DNA of 64,000 nucleotides from the human T2T-CHM13v2.0 reference genome, Homo sapiens, in the NCBI RefSeq assembly GCF_009914755.1, contig NC_060925.1; one strand, written 5' to 3'. Each line of letters starts with the position of its first letter. The first letter of the stretch is position 1. The notes under the pieces are model-generated. The model made no database searches and was not told where the DNA came from. It saw only the letters and a list, made by a program, of their open reading frames with translations. Below, one piece after another: positions 25,066 to 40,980 of this stretch. Both the position numbers and the translations under genes were made by a program.

Positions 25066-26328
25066 TCAACAGAGCTGGACTTGGAGAGACTGTGAGGGAG
25101 AGTAACTTCTCTGTTCCTTTGGTCACTTTTCACCAGGTACTCGATCCATCTCTTAATCTATCTCCTCTGCTCTTTGGAGCTGCTGTGGAATGATTTATTT
25201 CTGCATTCCTCCTCTAGGCCCCTTCATGGTTGCTCCCAACACTACTTGGCCATCTAGGGTGCTATCTGTCAGGATATACACCTTCTAGCAAGATATAGCC
25301 AAAAATGACATGAAAGATCTCTCAAAAATTCATTAATGGGACTCTTCTTTGTTCCCAAAAAACTTTGTGACACAAACATTGCATTTATAAAGGACCAAGT
25401 CTCCTAGGAAACATGGCATGGGCTTTAGAATCAAGTGACCCTGGAGTTTAATTTGATCAACTGATTGATTAGATCATTCAGTAACCTACTCTGTACCTAC
25501 CTCTTAAGTGCTAGGGATTCAGTAATGAACAAAATGAACATTTTCTCTGCTTTAAAGAGCCTACTGTTTAGAAGAGAAAATGGACATTAAACCAGAAGGC
25601 ACATTAATAAATATATAATTAAAGAACACAACTCCAACTTCTCTTTTGTCTTGTATAAAAATTCCTTACTCTTTCTGAGCCTCAGTTTATTTTTTGGTAA
25701 AATGGGAATAATAACACTGCCTTCCTGAGTATTGTGAGGATTAGAAATAATGATTCTATTTGTGTACTTAGCATAATGTCTGACACAGAGACCAGGTGCT
25801 CAATGGATGGTTTTTGGATGGCTAAAACAACGAGCACCCTAATCATATTTACAGTAGCTGGTTAGGTTATTGTTGCATGGCAGATTGTAGGTGAATTTTG
25901 ACTCCTGATGTAACTCACACTTCTTGAGTATATTTTCTAAATCTATTCATGGCACATATAAAACATGCAATAAATGTTTCTTGAATCAAACTCTACCTGG
26001 AATAGACTTTGGAAGTGTCACAACACAACCCTGCTCATTTTGTGGAAGAAAAAAGACAAAGTTGGAGTGACTTACCCAGAAACATACTTTCAATAGTAGT
26101 TTCAGGAAATAAACTATTTTCAAAAGAAACTATTCCAGGAACATACTTTCATTAATAGTTTCTATTTGCATAAGACACTTACGCAGGAACGTACTTTCAA
26201 TAATAGTTTCAGAAAAGAAACTATTTTCAAACTACTTTCAAAAACTATTTCAGAAATTAGTCATATCTGCTAGGCATTTGTGGAAAGAGAAGAATTTGTG
26301 GCCAAGTGGTCAAAGAAGTGAGGGAAGA

Positions 26329-26690
<362 letters not shown>

Positions 26691-27088
26691 TCAAGAAGAG
26701 TAACTGATGTTTGACTAAATGTCAAACATTGTGAAGAATTTTAGTAGGTGGAAGATGGAAAAAAGATGTGGCCATGACAACTGAGAATCTCACCGAAAGC
26801 AGGTTGCAGAAAGGGAGGGAGTTGTCCCCTGAGGGACAGTGGAGGTGAGGAAGTAGAGACAGACTGACAAAGACTTCTCTTTCAAAACGGTGTGTGATAA
26901 AGGAAAAGAGAGAGCTAAGGAGCTAGATGCAGTAGCCAGGGGTACCCAGGAGATTTCCTGTTTATTTTTTTCGGAATGGAGGATTTGAGTGTATTGGAGT
27001 CTGTGTTGAGGAGTTCATGGAAATGAACTCCTTTCAAGACGTGGAAAGTACAAGGGGGAGACAGTTGTCAGCACCATGTCCTGAATGA

Positions 27089-27458
<370 letters not shown>

Positions 27459-27879
27459 TGAGGAGGCACCTTTGCTTCTGACATGAAATGGAAATATGAA
27501 TAAATATTTAGCTATATGTTGAGAGGAGAGAAGGTCAGTTGAAGAGGTGAAGAAAGAGACAAGACCAGCTATGGAGAGTGAAGATGGCATCATATGGGGA
27601 TGGTCTACCTGAACATCTAGTCCCAACTTTCCTGAGCTCCTACCCTAGACCTGAGCTTCTCAAAGTTGGGGTCCCTTGGGCCAGTGCAGGATAACAGATT
27701 ATTTGTTGCTGGCTCAAATTCAGAGAAGCAGCTTGTGTTGGAATGCAAGCAAACAACTGATTTTCTTCTTCTCTTTGAAAGAAGCACAGCATTAATTTAC
27801 CTTCTGGCAGCACTCTGTTTCTCATTACAGTGTCCAGAGCAGGTACTTTCAGGAAACACTGATCCACACAATTTCCTAC

Positions 27880-28530
27880 TGACATATCAATCTCAATACT
27901 CCAGAGACATGTCTAACCAACCTGAACTCATCACCTTACTTCCTATACTTTCTTCTGTTTGTTTACTCTTCCTCGGTGAGTTGGTGCCTTCCATCGCCAA
28001 GGCATCAAGCCAGAAGTATGGAGGAGTATTCTTCTTCACCTGCCTTGACTAATCATTCACCAGCCTAGTTGATATTCTCCCCTACATAGCTCTCAAATCC
28101 ACCCTCTTCTCTCTATCCTCATTACCACCGATCTAGTCTAGGCCACCTTGAAATTTTGCCTGGATATTGCCAGGCAAATCCAAGCAAGCCTTTCTCTACT
28201 CTGCTGCTCCAGTGAGCTGTCAAAAGTCCAAATCTAAACACTTTACTCCACTGGTTGGCCCTTCACTTGTTCCTTATAGCCCACGTAAACACCAGGCATG
28301 GCACAGTTAACTCTCCATAAGCCTGGCATTTTGAACAACTGGAATGTGCCCTTTCCTTGGTCTCTGAGGTTTTATGCATGTTGTTTCCTTCATGTAAGAT
28401 TTTTGGCCTACATTTCTGTTGCCTCTTAGTTCCTTACCACTAAGAATAGACATTTTGTCATTCCAATCACCCAGAACAGTGCCTGGAAAATAGTAGGCAT
28501 CCAGTACATGTTAGTTGAATGAATACATGA
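27880..28530 (+). mobile_element. L2 LINE 3' region (degenerate)
   Basis: Ends cagtgcctggaaaatagtaggcatccagtacatgttagttgaatgaat, an L2 3' terminus. Confidence 0.55.
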
Positions 28531-31500
28531 AGCCAAGGGATAACTTAGTTGATCTCATACTGAGCAGAGCTGATGAAAGTGGTGTCATTAAATGCTGCCT
28601 AATTATGGTCAAGGTGGTCTCAGATCCCAGAGCCTATAGAGAAAGTCATAGAACCCCAACAATGGATGTGGAGTGCTGTGGAGGCTGAAAGGCAGGAGAG
28701 CCACTACTGAAATGCATCTATTGGTTGTGGCTTCCTTCACTGAATCTGGTACATTCATGAAAGCATTCCTGGATTACATCAAAATCAGCTGTGGCTGAGA
28801 TCATCTTTCAAAATGAGAATCTTACCATCCACACACTTTGTCTGCTACTCTTCATTTCTAGGTTTCCCTGGCTTCTCTCTCTTCCATCCCTAATATTACC
28901 ATCCCCCTCCCCCATCACCACAAACACCACCACCATTTTGGCTTCTGTCCTTGACTTACCATTTAATTTTTGTCTTTGCATTCCTATAAGATACAACTTG
29001 CAAACTTTGGCGACAGACACCAATGTAGCAAAGAGAGTAAAACAGGCCCAGTTCTGACATTCTATCCTGGTCTTTAGGACTTCACCTGCTAGGCTGTCAC
29101 TTTATGCCAAAAGAATGGTAGGTAGGACAGAGAGGGAGTGGGTGTGGGGAAACTAGCACAACCATTTGGAGCTAAATAATAGATTATGGCTGGAAACTCC
29201 CGTCTTGATTTGGCGCAAGGGCCACAGCTATATTTGGCTGGCCCCTGATTGACATAATTATTATTGCCAGAAAGTAATTTTAGAAAGAACTTAAAAGGAG
29301 GACATGGGTGATTAAACTTCTAATAATAACATTTTTTAAAAGTCTGGGTTAATGAATCTGTAACTTAGGTAAAAGAAAAGAGGCTTCAAGTGCTCAGGGA
29401 CTAGTACCTGGAACTGAGTTGGGAAAAAAAATATTCTTTTGGGGAGTCAAGTAGGGCAAGAATAGATCACATGCCCCTAAGAAATCTTGGGGAAATAGAG
29501 AGCGATGTAGCTCATTTTATACTGGAAGTTCTTCTAAAAATGTTGTGAGCAAAATAAAGTTTCACAAAGCAGATAATGTTTTGAATTAATTCACTGAGCA
29601 TCCCTTACATGCAAGGCACTGTACTAGTCCCTTTGGAATATTCCCATGGGCATGCACCAGGCTGTTGTGAGCATGGGCTTAGGCATTCTTGGTGTTCATA
29701 GCCAGTGTCTGCTTTGATTGATGCCCTACCAGTTGTTAAATATTTTGAATCTAATAATTTTGAATATCACCTGGTAAGGCAAACTTCCTGTTTTGAAATA
29801 GCTTATAGTTTAGATGATGAGGTATGCTTACAAATAACTGTAATTCAATGCTATGTCATAACAATCGTCTTTGCAAAGTGCTTTTATACATTTTACCTCA
29901 TTTGAACTCCACAGCAACTCTGTGGTGCATGTTCCTATTCTCATTTTGCAGATTAAAAAAACATGAAGTTCAAGGAGAGAGGCAGTCTTTCACATTTCGT
30001 AGAGCAAGAACATGCCCTGATTTGTCAACATTTTATCTCCCCTTTAGTGCTCACCCCACAGTGCCCATGGCTTTCCCTATTTAAAACAGCACATTTATTA
30101 ATGCAAATAATTATTTTTTGAATTAATTATTGATTTCTAAATACAGATTTTCATACCCAAATAACCCTATGAAGATTAGCCTTTTGGCCCCATCATCCTG
30201 ATAGGAAGTTTAACAAGCCTCCTTCTGAGAAACAAAGAGTCACAGGGCTCAGTTGATGTACATTTGGGGAAGCATGGAGTTGCCTTTAAGCCCTCTTCTA
30301 GGCAGTGAGGTATAAAACAAAAAAATACACAACAAAACAAAAAGGCAAGGGCAATGAGAAAGCTGACTGCAGAGGAAAGAACAAAGACAAAAATAAGCAA
30401 GCAAACAAACAACAAACAAAACTTTAAAAATAAAAAGTGCTCCATTATCTGGGTTCAGATCTACACTCCTGAACAAGCTGTAGCAAGTCACAGTAGCTCA
30501 GCACAGAACAATGTTGGTGCTCCTCATACTGGCTCTGAGTAAAATAGGTTAGAAGCTGCTGAAAGGAGTGCTAATGTTTCCAGAAATAAGCCCAGATTTT
30601 CTGGGAATTTACTCATGTAGAGCACCATGTTCTCTAAGGGGCCACATACACATATGGCTGCTTTTAAAACACCTCAAGTCTTTGTGTACAGGGCCACATA
30701 CAACATGCAGGTAGGGCACAGGGAAGAAAACAAAATATCTCCTGAGGGAATGATACCTAGTGTTTATATAATAATTTGTCCAGTGCTTCTGATACAGGAG
30801 GATACCCAGATCTAGGTTTTAAGAGCTGGGATCCCTGGTTAATTTGACAGCTTTTCCTCTGTATCTAGCATGCATTTAGCCACGTTCCATCCATTCTACT
30901 CCCCTAGAAAGATTTCCTCCATGGAAGCATACAGAAAGACTATGTTATAATGGAAAGAGAATTTACAAATTGTTTAATGCACCTTCTCCCTCTTTTTGTA
31001 GGAAAGGCAAATGAAACTTACAAAAGTGAAATGACTTCTTCAAGGTGACAAGAGAGGTTGGTTACAAAATCAATACTAGCAACTCTAATTTATGGTTATT
31101 GTTGCTAGGCCTTTCTTATTTCATGTGATTTCCATGTTTGAAATAATCTTACTATGAAAAGACTTGTGGAACTAGTAACTCCACTAGGTATTATAGTGTC
31201 AGTCACAGAATTAGGCCACCTTATTAGTACCTGCTCACTAGAACATCCTGCCCTCTATATGAGGAGGATTTCTGAAAAGTTTGGCATAAATTCACTTTTG
31301 ATTATTTAGATTCTGTTTTGCACGTATTCAGGGATCTCTGTGGTGCATCTCTGAAAAGACTCCAGAATAAACTTTTTTTGTGTATGAAGCAAAGAGCTTG
31401 TTACAGGAAATATTTGCTGCCTGATTAATTCTTTTGACAGCTCTAACTGTGCTTATCTTAAGGCTGGCATACCCATATCGCATCGTCATCTGGTTTGTTT

Positions 31501-32269
31501 TGGTTGCTGATTAATTCACTTTGCTGCAAGAAGTGTATAAATTAAACCTCCATAAGGGCAGGGATATTTGCCTGTTTTGTTCAACCCTGAATGTCTGATA
31601 CTTAGACAAGGGCTTGGAACATAGGAGGTGCACAATAAGTATTTACTGACTGAATAAATAAATTGATGTTTAAGAAGAGAATTCCTGACCTTGTCTCACC
31701 TCACTTGTGTCCATCTTCACAGATGCTCCTCCTGCTTGGGGCTGCTTCCTGTGAAGGGTGTGGCTGCACAGCTGCAAACCATCCCATCCCTGCCTCACCC
31801 GCACAGGTGGTCGCTGCCACCTAGGACAGCCTGGACTTTGCCATCTCCTTCTTGCGGAGTATGAACAAGCAGGCCTCCAGCCCGATGCATCAGATCCTTC
31901 CTACCATGGCTCTCCATCTTCCACCATTCTTCATGGGACTATCTTCTAAGCTTCCTCAGAGTATGTTTTGTCCTCATGCTAGAAGCGGCCCCACTTAGGT
32001 CTACCCACTGTTGGAGTTTCCTCGATCGCTCATCTTGGAAAGTACATCCCCATCCAATACTGGGTGGAGACCACATTGGAGACCTTATGGCCCTGCTCCT
32101 GCTAACAACCCAGCACTCTGCTTCCCACTAGGTGACAACGCTGCTGCTGCTGCTGCCACTGTTGCTGCCCACTTTATAGACAGGTGCAGCTTAGTTTCCA
32201 TACCGTTGTTGAGTTGTAAATGCCCTCTGTGTAAAGGTCATCCACAGTTGTGAGGTATATCAACATCAT

Positions 32270-32510
32270 TTGGAGACAGGATGGCGTTACGGTTAATGGT
32301 GTGAGCTCTGGAATCAACTGACTGGAGGTTAAGTCTGGCAACTTCTACTTCTTGTATAACCTTGGGCAAGTAATTTAATTTTTCTACAACTCAGTTTTCT
32401 TATTTGTAAAATTGGGAAAATACCAGAACCTTTCTTGGAGGGTAAAAGTGAACATTAAATGTGAAAAGTTGCTCACAGCCTGGTAACTATTACAAATGCT
32501 CAATAAATCT
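32270..32510 (+). mobile_element. MIR SINE
   Basis: ctctggaatca...accttgggcaagtaatttaa...ctcagttttcttatttgtaaaattgg. Confidence 0.7.
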
Positions 32511-33869
32511 TTTATATATATGACAGGAGAAAAACAAATGATTATTTTCAGTGGATGGCAAGTCAAATAAAAGTAAAGAGAAAGCCAGATATCAGAAGAA
32601 AACAGGTTCCAAGGGAGAGATTAGGGATGGGGTTGGACTAGAGGAAATGTAGGCAAAGGCAGGATAAATAATGTTGGAACAGGTTTGTAGGGAGGGAGAA
32701 GCAGAAATTGGAGATAAAGAAAGAGTAAAAGGAAGAAGGTATATTCTAAGCTTTTAAGGAAAGAGAATTTTAGGGAAAGACTTTGCCAACCGGTTCTCAT
32801 CACCCCCACAATAGTGTGTGCTCGCTCCCTCTGACTACAAGAACCTACAGTCTTTCTTTTATTTTATAATTTTATAAATTCTTACCACTAGACTGTAATC
32901 TCTGAACAGTAACAACTCCTCCAGTTTTACTCACTCATGTATCCCAGCGTCTAGCTTAATCTTTTGGACCAGATATCTGACTGCATAGGAAGCAGCCCAG
33001 GTCTCCTCCTGTCTTTTCAGAAAGCATGGGCTTCAAATTCATTTGATTTTAAAATAATGATTGAAGATATACAAGTGGTTAGTCCCCTTCCTGCCTGCTC
33101 TTGCTATGAACACAACAACAAAGATAAATCAATAAAAGTTGTGTTTATTCTCCTTAACTTCAGTTCATTTTGAGATTTAGCCTCCTGTTTTGTATTCACT
33201 CAACAGTGTGCTTTGCTCAGTAAGAGAAAACAGTTGTGGATGATCAGGACCCTGATCTATTTTACAAGTTTCAGTTGCTTTTTATACTCGTAGGTGGTCT
33301 AGGTCTCATCAGGGAGCCTCTCAGGGCAGACAAATGGCAGGTGGGTGGAGAGGCCCAGCTTTCTGTTCCACCCCAGCTCAGCTTCTGAGCTCTGCCCCTA
33401 GGTTCCAGCACAATTCTGACCATAGGTGAGAGAGACTGCATGCCAGTGCCCATGTCCCAGGTCCTCTGTGCTGCTTAGAATGTGGTTCCAGGTTTCATTC
33501 TCCAGCCCTTTCCCCACAGAGGTTACAATCTTCAAACTGGGCTTTGACCACTTATCTCTGAGTCCTTGCTCTAACTCTCCCTTCTCTCTTAAGACCACAC
33601 GTTGCTTTGGTCCTAACAATAGTAACAACAGTAATAATAGCTAACATTGAGTGTTAGCGGTGTGCCAGATATGGTGGGAAGCATTTTATTTGCATAGCCT
33701 CATTCGACCTTCACAATCATCCTGTGAAGTATCAGAACTATTTATTTCATTTCACAGATGAGGACGCTAAAAGAGGTTATGTAACTTACTCAAGGCCACA
33801 TAGCCTGGAAATGTCAAAGCTAGCCCTCAATCCAGATAATTGGTCTTTCTGCTTCTTTATTATGTCTCT

Positions 33870-34460
33870 CTAATCTGTTCCTCTTACAGAATAATTCTTT
33901 AAAAGACAAAAATCTGAATTGGTCAGCCTCCTGCTTGAAACACTACACTGTTATCTCTCCGCTTTTAGAATAAAATCACTTTGTATTGGGAGGCCCTGGA
34001 GGGTCTGGCCTCTACTTCTATCCCCAGTTTCATCTCATATCCTTTCTTCTTCCCTCACTAAATTCCAGCCTCGCTCAGTTCCTGGAGTAAATGGACTCCT
34101 TTCCAGCCTTAACATATATGAGTATGCCATTTCCCCTCCGGAAGGCTCTTATCTCAGCTCTTTGCATATCTGGCTCCATTTTTCCTTCAGTTCTGAGCTT
34201 AAATGCCACTTCCCTAAGAATTTTTCTAAATTGAGTCCTCTTCTTATTCTGTGTCATAGCACCCTGTTTATTTTCATCATAGCAGATAACATTTTGAAAT
34301 TACTTGTTTACTGGCTGATAATCTGTATTTTTTTCTTTCTGTTAGAATGAGTTTTTGATGAGGGCCTGAAGGCAGAGACTTCATCTCACTTATCATTGAA
34401 CACTTAGTCCTTTGCATATGTAGGTGCTCAGTACATATTTGTTGGGTGTGTGAAAGAATG
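33870..34460 (+). mobile_element. L2 LINE 3' region (degenerate)
   Basis: aatgccacttccctaag...gtaggtgctcagtacatattt terminus. Confidence 0.55.
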
Positions 34461-34974
34461 ATCTCTCTAACTCAGGGGTAGATTTGCCATGAAGCTAACA
34501 AACTTAAGCTTAAGAGTCTATTACTTGCTAATGGCCCTAGCATTGTGTCCACATGGTCACATATTTTTGAAAAATTGTCAAAACTGACATATTTAAATTG
34601 CAATTGGTTAAAATCATTGGGGGTTTTATGTACTTCTCAGACACTTCCATGTATAGTTAAGTTGCTACTGGCTATTCTCAAGCAAGACTGATTTTCAGGA
34701 ATACTTCCACTGTTCATTGCATGACCTCACTTGCTGTTGTGACACAAAGATGCAGGGACATGGCATCAGAAGTATGTGGATTATATGTGGATTGTGGAGG
34801 AGAAACAAGGTTTGAAATGTTTGGCACCAGGTGCTAGTTTACAGAAAATTCTTCCAAATCTTATAGCTCATTTATGAAACTTCAACAGTTTTTCCAACTT
34901 TAATAACAATTCTGAAAATGTATTTGGCATTGGTAATAATGAATAACAAATCTGAAAGAAACTTCTCTAAATTA

Positions 34975-35029
34975 TTGGGTTGGTGCAAAAGCAATTCCGG
35001 TTTTTGCTATTACTTCTGCACCAACTCAA
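34975..35029. mobile_element. MADE1 (Hsmar1-derived MITE), internally deleted, 55 bp
   Basis: TTGGGTTGGTGCAAAAGCAATT...ATTACTTCTGCACCAACTCAA with TA duplications at 34973-34974 and 35030-35031. Confidence 0.88.
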
Positions 35030-35359
35030 TATCGTTAGTTAAAAAAAAATGAAAACAAAAATTTCCTATAATTGTGGATTTATGACACTAGATGAACCTT
35101 AATATACACAAATTTTTAAAAATTTAGGAAGTCAGGAGATCCTAGGATGGAATGCAGAGTGTGATATAAAAATCTAACTGAATTAAAAATTTATGAAACA
35201 AGCTTACTGAAGTGGATGGGGGAGAAGGAGAAGAGCCTTTGGAAATGAGTGGAATCTGTAAGACTCAAGGCAACAGACACTGCATAAGCACTATACCCTA
35301 TCTGATAAAGTTGTGTCCCACAGGCATAAGGGTTAATAATTCCAAAATCACTATCCAGG

Positions 35360-36027
<668 letters not shown>

Positions 36028-38267
36028 CATGTATACTGAAATTAAATAATTAAGTAAATAGATGGTGGATGGTGAGAGCCAGGTTTCTCACTATTGGAGT
36101 AGGAGGTTACAGAAAAGCAAAAGAAAGAAGCTAGAATGAGCCATAAGATAATGGACTGGAGTTAGAGACATCAGTATGAACTGATGTTTAGCTTCATATA
36201 GATATGGATAGTTACATATGGAAATATTTACTGATATGTATGTATACACAAGTTAGTATATACACCTATTTTTCCTTGTTTTGTCAGTGGCAAGGGCCCA
36301 CAAGCAATAACACTGTAGTAGTAATGAGCACACCTAATACTTACAACTTCGTTTTTAATATCATTCTCCAATAAAAGGAAACAGAGCACTTTGGAGAAAT
36401 AATTGATTCTGAACTGGGAGAGGAAACATACAAGATGAATCTGGAGCATCCTATAGTGTCAGAAAGTAAGAAAGGATTTAAAAAAAAGTACAGGGGTATG
36501 TTAAAGGGGCACAAGAGCCAACTGAAAGAGCTCCCAATGGTTAAAGCAGGAATAATTTGAGCAAAAAATAAATAATATTTAATTACAACCCAACATATAA
36601 CATAAATATCCACAAGTCCATAGTGATATACATAACTGTTTGAATACATAGGTAAGTGGGTGAGAAGAGACAAATTTCTCATGCTGAAGCATTCCAACTA
36701 ATTTATGTAGAATTTCTTTCTCAAGGAGGTGGACTATAACTCACCACTCCTTGAGTATAGGTTGTGCAGAATGACTTCCTTTGAAGGAATACAGCATGCA
36801 AAGGAGTACAGCAGGGGAAACGTGCAGACTGTTCAGCAGAGAAACCTAAGAAGCACCACCTCAGCCAGGAGACCAAGGTCAACATCGATATTAATAATAA
36901 GTCATGTTGGCAACATAGACCCTTGATATGATGTGATGAAAATGGTATTTTACTTCTGTGTTTTCTTCCTCCCCAAGAGTGTAACTTCAGTCTAATCAGA
37001 AAAACATCAGACAAACACTGATTGAAAGACTTTCTACAGAATACCTGACCAATATTCCTCAAAACTGGTCCTCAAAAACAAGGAAAGTCTGAGAAACTAC
37101 CACAGCCAAGAGGGGACTAAGAAGACACTACAACTGAGTGTAATGTGGTATCTTTTATGAATCCTGGAGTGGCAAAAAAAAAAAGATATTTGTTTACAAC
37201 TAAGAAAATCTACCTAAAGTATGAACTTTCCTTAATAATAAAATATCAATATTGCTTTATTAATTATAATCAATGTATCATACTAATGTGAGAATCTACA
37301 GGAAACACTAGGTATGGGGTGTATGAGACCTGTTTATACTAACTTTACAAATTTTTTTTGGTAAATCTAAAGTTATTCTAAAAAATAAAGTTTATTTAAA
37401 AACTTTCAATAAGATTTGTTAGAGAAAAGACAATTTATCTTTATACTCTCTGTACAGAAAATGATATTCCAAAACCAGTGATATATGAAAAGGTGGTCAA
37501 AGAATATGTGGTGAATATATACAAGAAAAAAAAATACTTTAGAGGTGAGTCATGCAGTTGTGTTCTCGAGGCCATAAATTAAGTTGAGTAATTAAGTTGT
37601 GTTGTTACACTATTTTTCTGTATTTTGTAGAATTTGTGAACCACTAGCTTTGCCACATATGTAATTTTTTGTGACTTCTCATTCTAAATGAATATCACTT
37701 TTGGATCAGATTTGGTATATGTAATTTGGTACTGTTTTCCTTACATTGGATTCCCCCAAATTGTATAAGCTTCAAGCCCCACAAAACCCCCTCCAACTCC
37801 AGAGCTGACCTCAATGCTAGGTCAATGGCCATACCTTGAGCCCCAGACCAGATGCTTGGGGACCTTATGAAACCCCTCATTTGCCAACTGCAATATGCTT
37901 TATTTTATTTTTTTAACCAATAGTATTTCTCCCCAATCTTGGTAGGAGTGTGTGTCTGTGTTTGTGTGGGTGTCTGTGTATGTGTGTGTATACATATACA
38001 CATATAGCACTTCTAGCATCCTTGTTGAAAAAGAAATGTCCACTTCCATTTTCTGCACTTCTCATGAGGATAAAAAATCAAATTGCACTGGGAGGATAGT
38101 GGAAATATTATTTAAGGTGTAAACTGGGAAATTGTTCTAGTTTTGGTTTTTTATTTCAGATGGAAGCATTTGTTGCAGACTCTGAACTTAGAACAGTGGT
38201 CAAACAGATGTTTTCATTTTAGGAAGGCAGGATGGGTATCCAATTACCAAACATCCTGTTAAAGTTC

Positions 38268-38289
38268 GTGTGTGTGTGTGTGTGTGTGT

Positions 38290-38320
<31 letters not shown>
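38268..38320. repeat. (GT)n microsatellite
   Basis: About 26 GT units with one GA interruption. Confidence 0.95.
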
Positions 38321-39059
38321 AAATAATTGCTACCTTTGAGATTCTCAAGATATTACTGGTGCCAAAAGATCAACAAAAATTAGATGATTAATTAAACCTA
38401 ACTATAGAAAAATTATTAGCTATAACTGAAAACAATAAGTCAAACCATTCGTTTTAGTCAGTTATTTACTCCAGAATGGTTGCAAATGAGATACTGTCTG
38501 TGAGATGCTCTGCACAGTGTCTGGCACAGTCTACAGTCCAGTTGTGGCTTCCTCATGCGCTGTACTCTAGTCTCTCTGTTCCATCTAGCCACGTTGGTCT
38601 TTCCATACATCAAATGGGCCTTTGCACATTCTTTGCTCTCTCTGGAGCCCTCTTCTTCCCAACCTGTGTCAGGTTCCCTTTTAGATGCTGTCATAGAATT
38701 ATAACCTTTCCCTCACATCACTAATCTCAAAGTGATTATCTGATTAATATATTTCCCCCACCAGGTGATAAACTTCATGAAAGCAGGGACAGTAGCTGTT
38801 TTTGTCACTAGTGTTTTTCTCCTGCAGAGAGCTTAGCATGTACTAAAGTTTCAACAGTATTTGTTGAATGAATGAATGTTTACTACCACTAACAAATGAT
38901 TATATGTTGGATTTCACTGATTTTATGCTTATTTTGGGCCAGGTCTTCTCCCTCTGTCTCCGCGTTTCCTTCCCCTCCTGCCTCTCCTACTCCTGTTTCA
39001 CCACACACAGCCCTCCTTTTCCTCCTCCCCTTTTATTTCTTCCTTCTCTTCCTCTTTTT

Positions 39060-39096
39060 CCATCATCATCATCATCATCACCACCATCATCATCAT
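39060..39096. repeat. (CAT)n/(CAC) trinucleotide repeat
   Basis: catcatcatcatcatcatcaccaccatcatcatcat. Confidence 0.9.
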
Positions 39097-39387
39097 GCTA
39101 TAATTATGGAATATTTACTAGACATTCTGCAAAGGGATTTTCATAAGTTAACTCAATGAATTCTCACAAAAATCTCAACACAACAACAATGGCAGTTTAT
39201 TACCATTTCCATTTTTCACATGAGGAAAACTGAGTTATAGAACGTTATTGACTTGCCCGTGATCATACGTTAGGTACCAGTTAAGCCAAACTTTGGTCTT
39301 TTGGAATTTACTGAGATTTATTTTACGGCCCAGCATGTGGTCTGTCTTGTAAGTGCTCCATGTGCACTTAAAAATAATGTGTACTCT

Positions 39388-39743
<356 letters not shown>

Positions 39744-39825
39744 TTAGGTCAAGTTGATTGATGGTGTCTTCACATCTTCTATATCTTCACTGAATGTCTA
39801 TATATATATTCTATCAATTACTGAG

Positions 39826-40980
39826 AGTGGTTAGTTTTATGTGTCAACTTGCATAGACTTTAGCATCCAGTTTTTTGTTTGTTTGTTTTTAATTTTAGAT
39901 TCGGGGGCACATGTGCAGATTTCTTACATGGGTATATTGTGTGATTCTGAAGTTTGGGCTTCTAATGAGTCTGTCACCAAATGGTGAATATAGTACCCAT
40001 AGGTTTTCAGCCCTTGCCCCCTTTCTTCCCTCTTCACTTTTGGCATCCCCAGTGTCTACTGTTCCCATCTTTACATCTAGGTGTACCCACTGTTTAGCTC
40101 CCACTTGTAAGTGGGAACACACGGTATTTGATTTTCTGTTTCTGCATTAATTCACTTTGCATCTACGTTGCTCCAGGAAATAGGATTTTATTCCTTGTTA
40201 CGGCTGCATAGTATTCCAAGGTGTATATATACCACATTTTCCTTATTCAATCTGCTTTTCATGGGCATCTAGATTGATTCCACGTCTTTGCTCTTGGGAA
40301 TAGAGCTGTGATAGATATACGAGTACAGTTGTCTTTTTGGTAGAATTATTTATTTTCCTTTGGGCATTTACCTAGTAACGGGATTGCTGGGTTGAATGGT
40401 AGTTCTGTTTTCAGTTCTTTGGGAAATGTTCAAACTGCTTTCCAGACTGGTTGAACTAATTCACATTCCCACCACTAGTGTATAAGCATTCGCTTTTCTC
40501 CATAATCTCTCTAACATCTGATATATTCAGCTACTTAAACAAACACTAACCTAAGTGTTGCTGTGAAGGTATTTATTTTGTAAAAGTGGTTAACATCAAC
40601 GATCAGTTGACTATTTGTGAAAGAAATTCACCTTAATTATGTGGGTGAGCCTCATTCAATTAGTTCAAAGACCAAAGAGAAAGATTGCAACATCAATTCC
40701 TGTCTGAGTTTTCCTTTTGTCACTTCCTTTCATGCTGGCCTGCCCTACAGATTTCAGACTTGACAGCCCCACAATAGCATGAGCCAATTTTTTGAAATAA
40801 ATCTCCCTCTATGTGTATATCTGGATCTATTATGATTTTATATATATATATATCCTAGAGATTACATATATGATATGTAGTCATCTATAAATATATGCAT
40901 ATATAACATATTTAATATGTAATCTGTAGATTATATATAAAATATATATTCTATTTCTTTGGAGATCCCTCACAGACATG
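39826..40980 (+). mobile_element. MLT2-family LTR interrupted by an L1P 3' end
   Basis: tggttagttttatgtgtcaactt... resumes at ~40525 with aaacactaacctaagtgttgctgtgaagg...tgccctacagatttcagactt. Confidence 0.7.
39872..40520 (-). mobile_element. L1PA/L1PB LINE 3' end (5'-truncated)
   Basis: acatgtgcagatt...tttagctcccacttgtaagtg...gggattgctgggttgaatggtagttctg...cattcccaccac. Confidence 0.88.

Noticed and set aside
26078-26258. Interspaced short repeats as a CRISPR-like array
   Set aside because: This is human DNA. The repeats are degenerate and irregularly spaced, with no unique fixed-length spacers and no cas genes.
38896-39159. ORF with a poly-histidine tract
   Set aside because: It is the translation of a (CAT)n microsatellite with no gene context.
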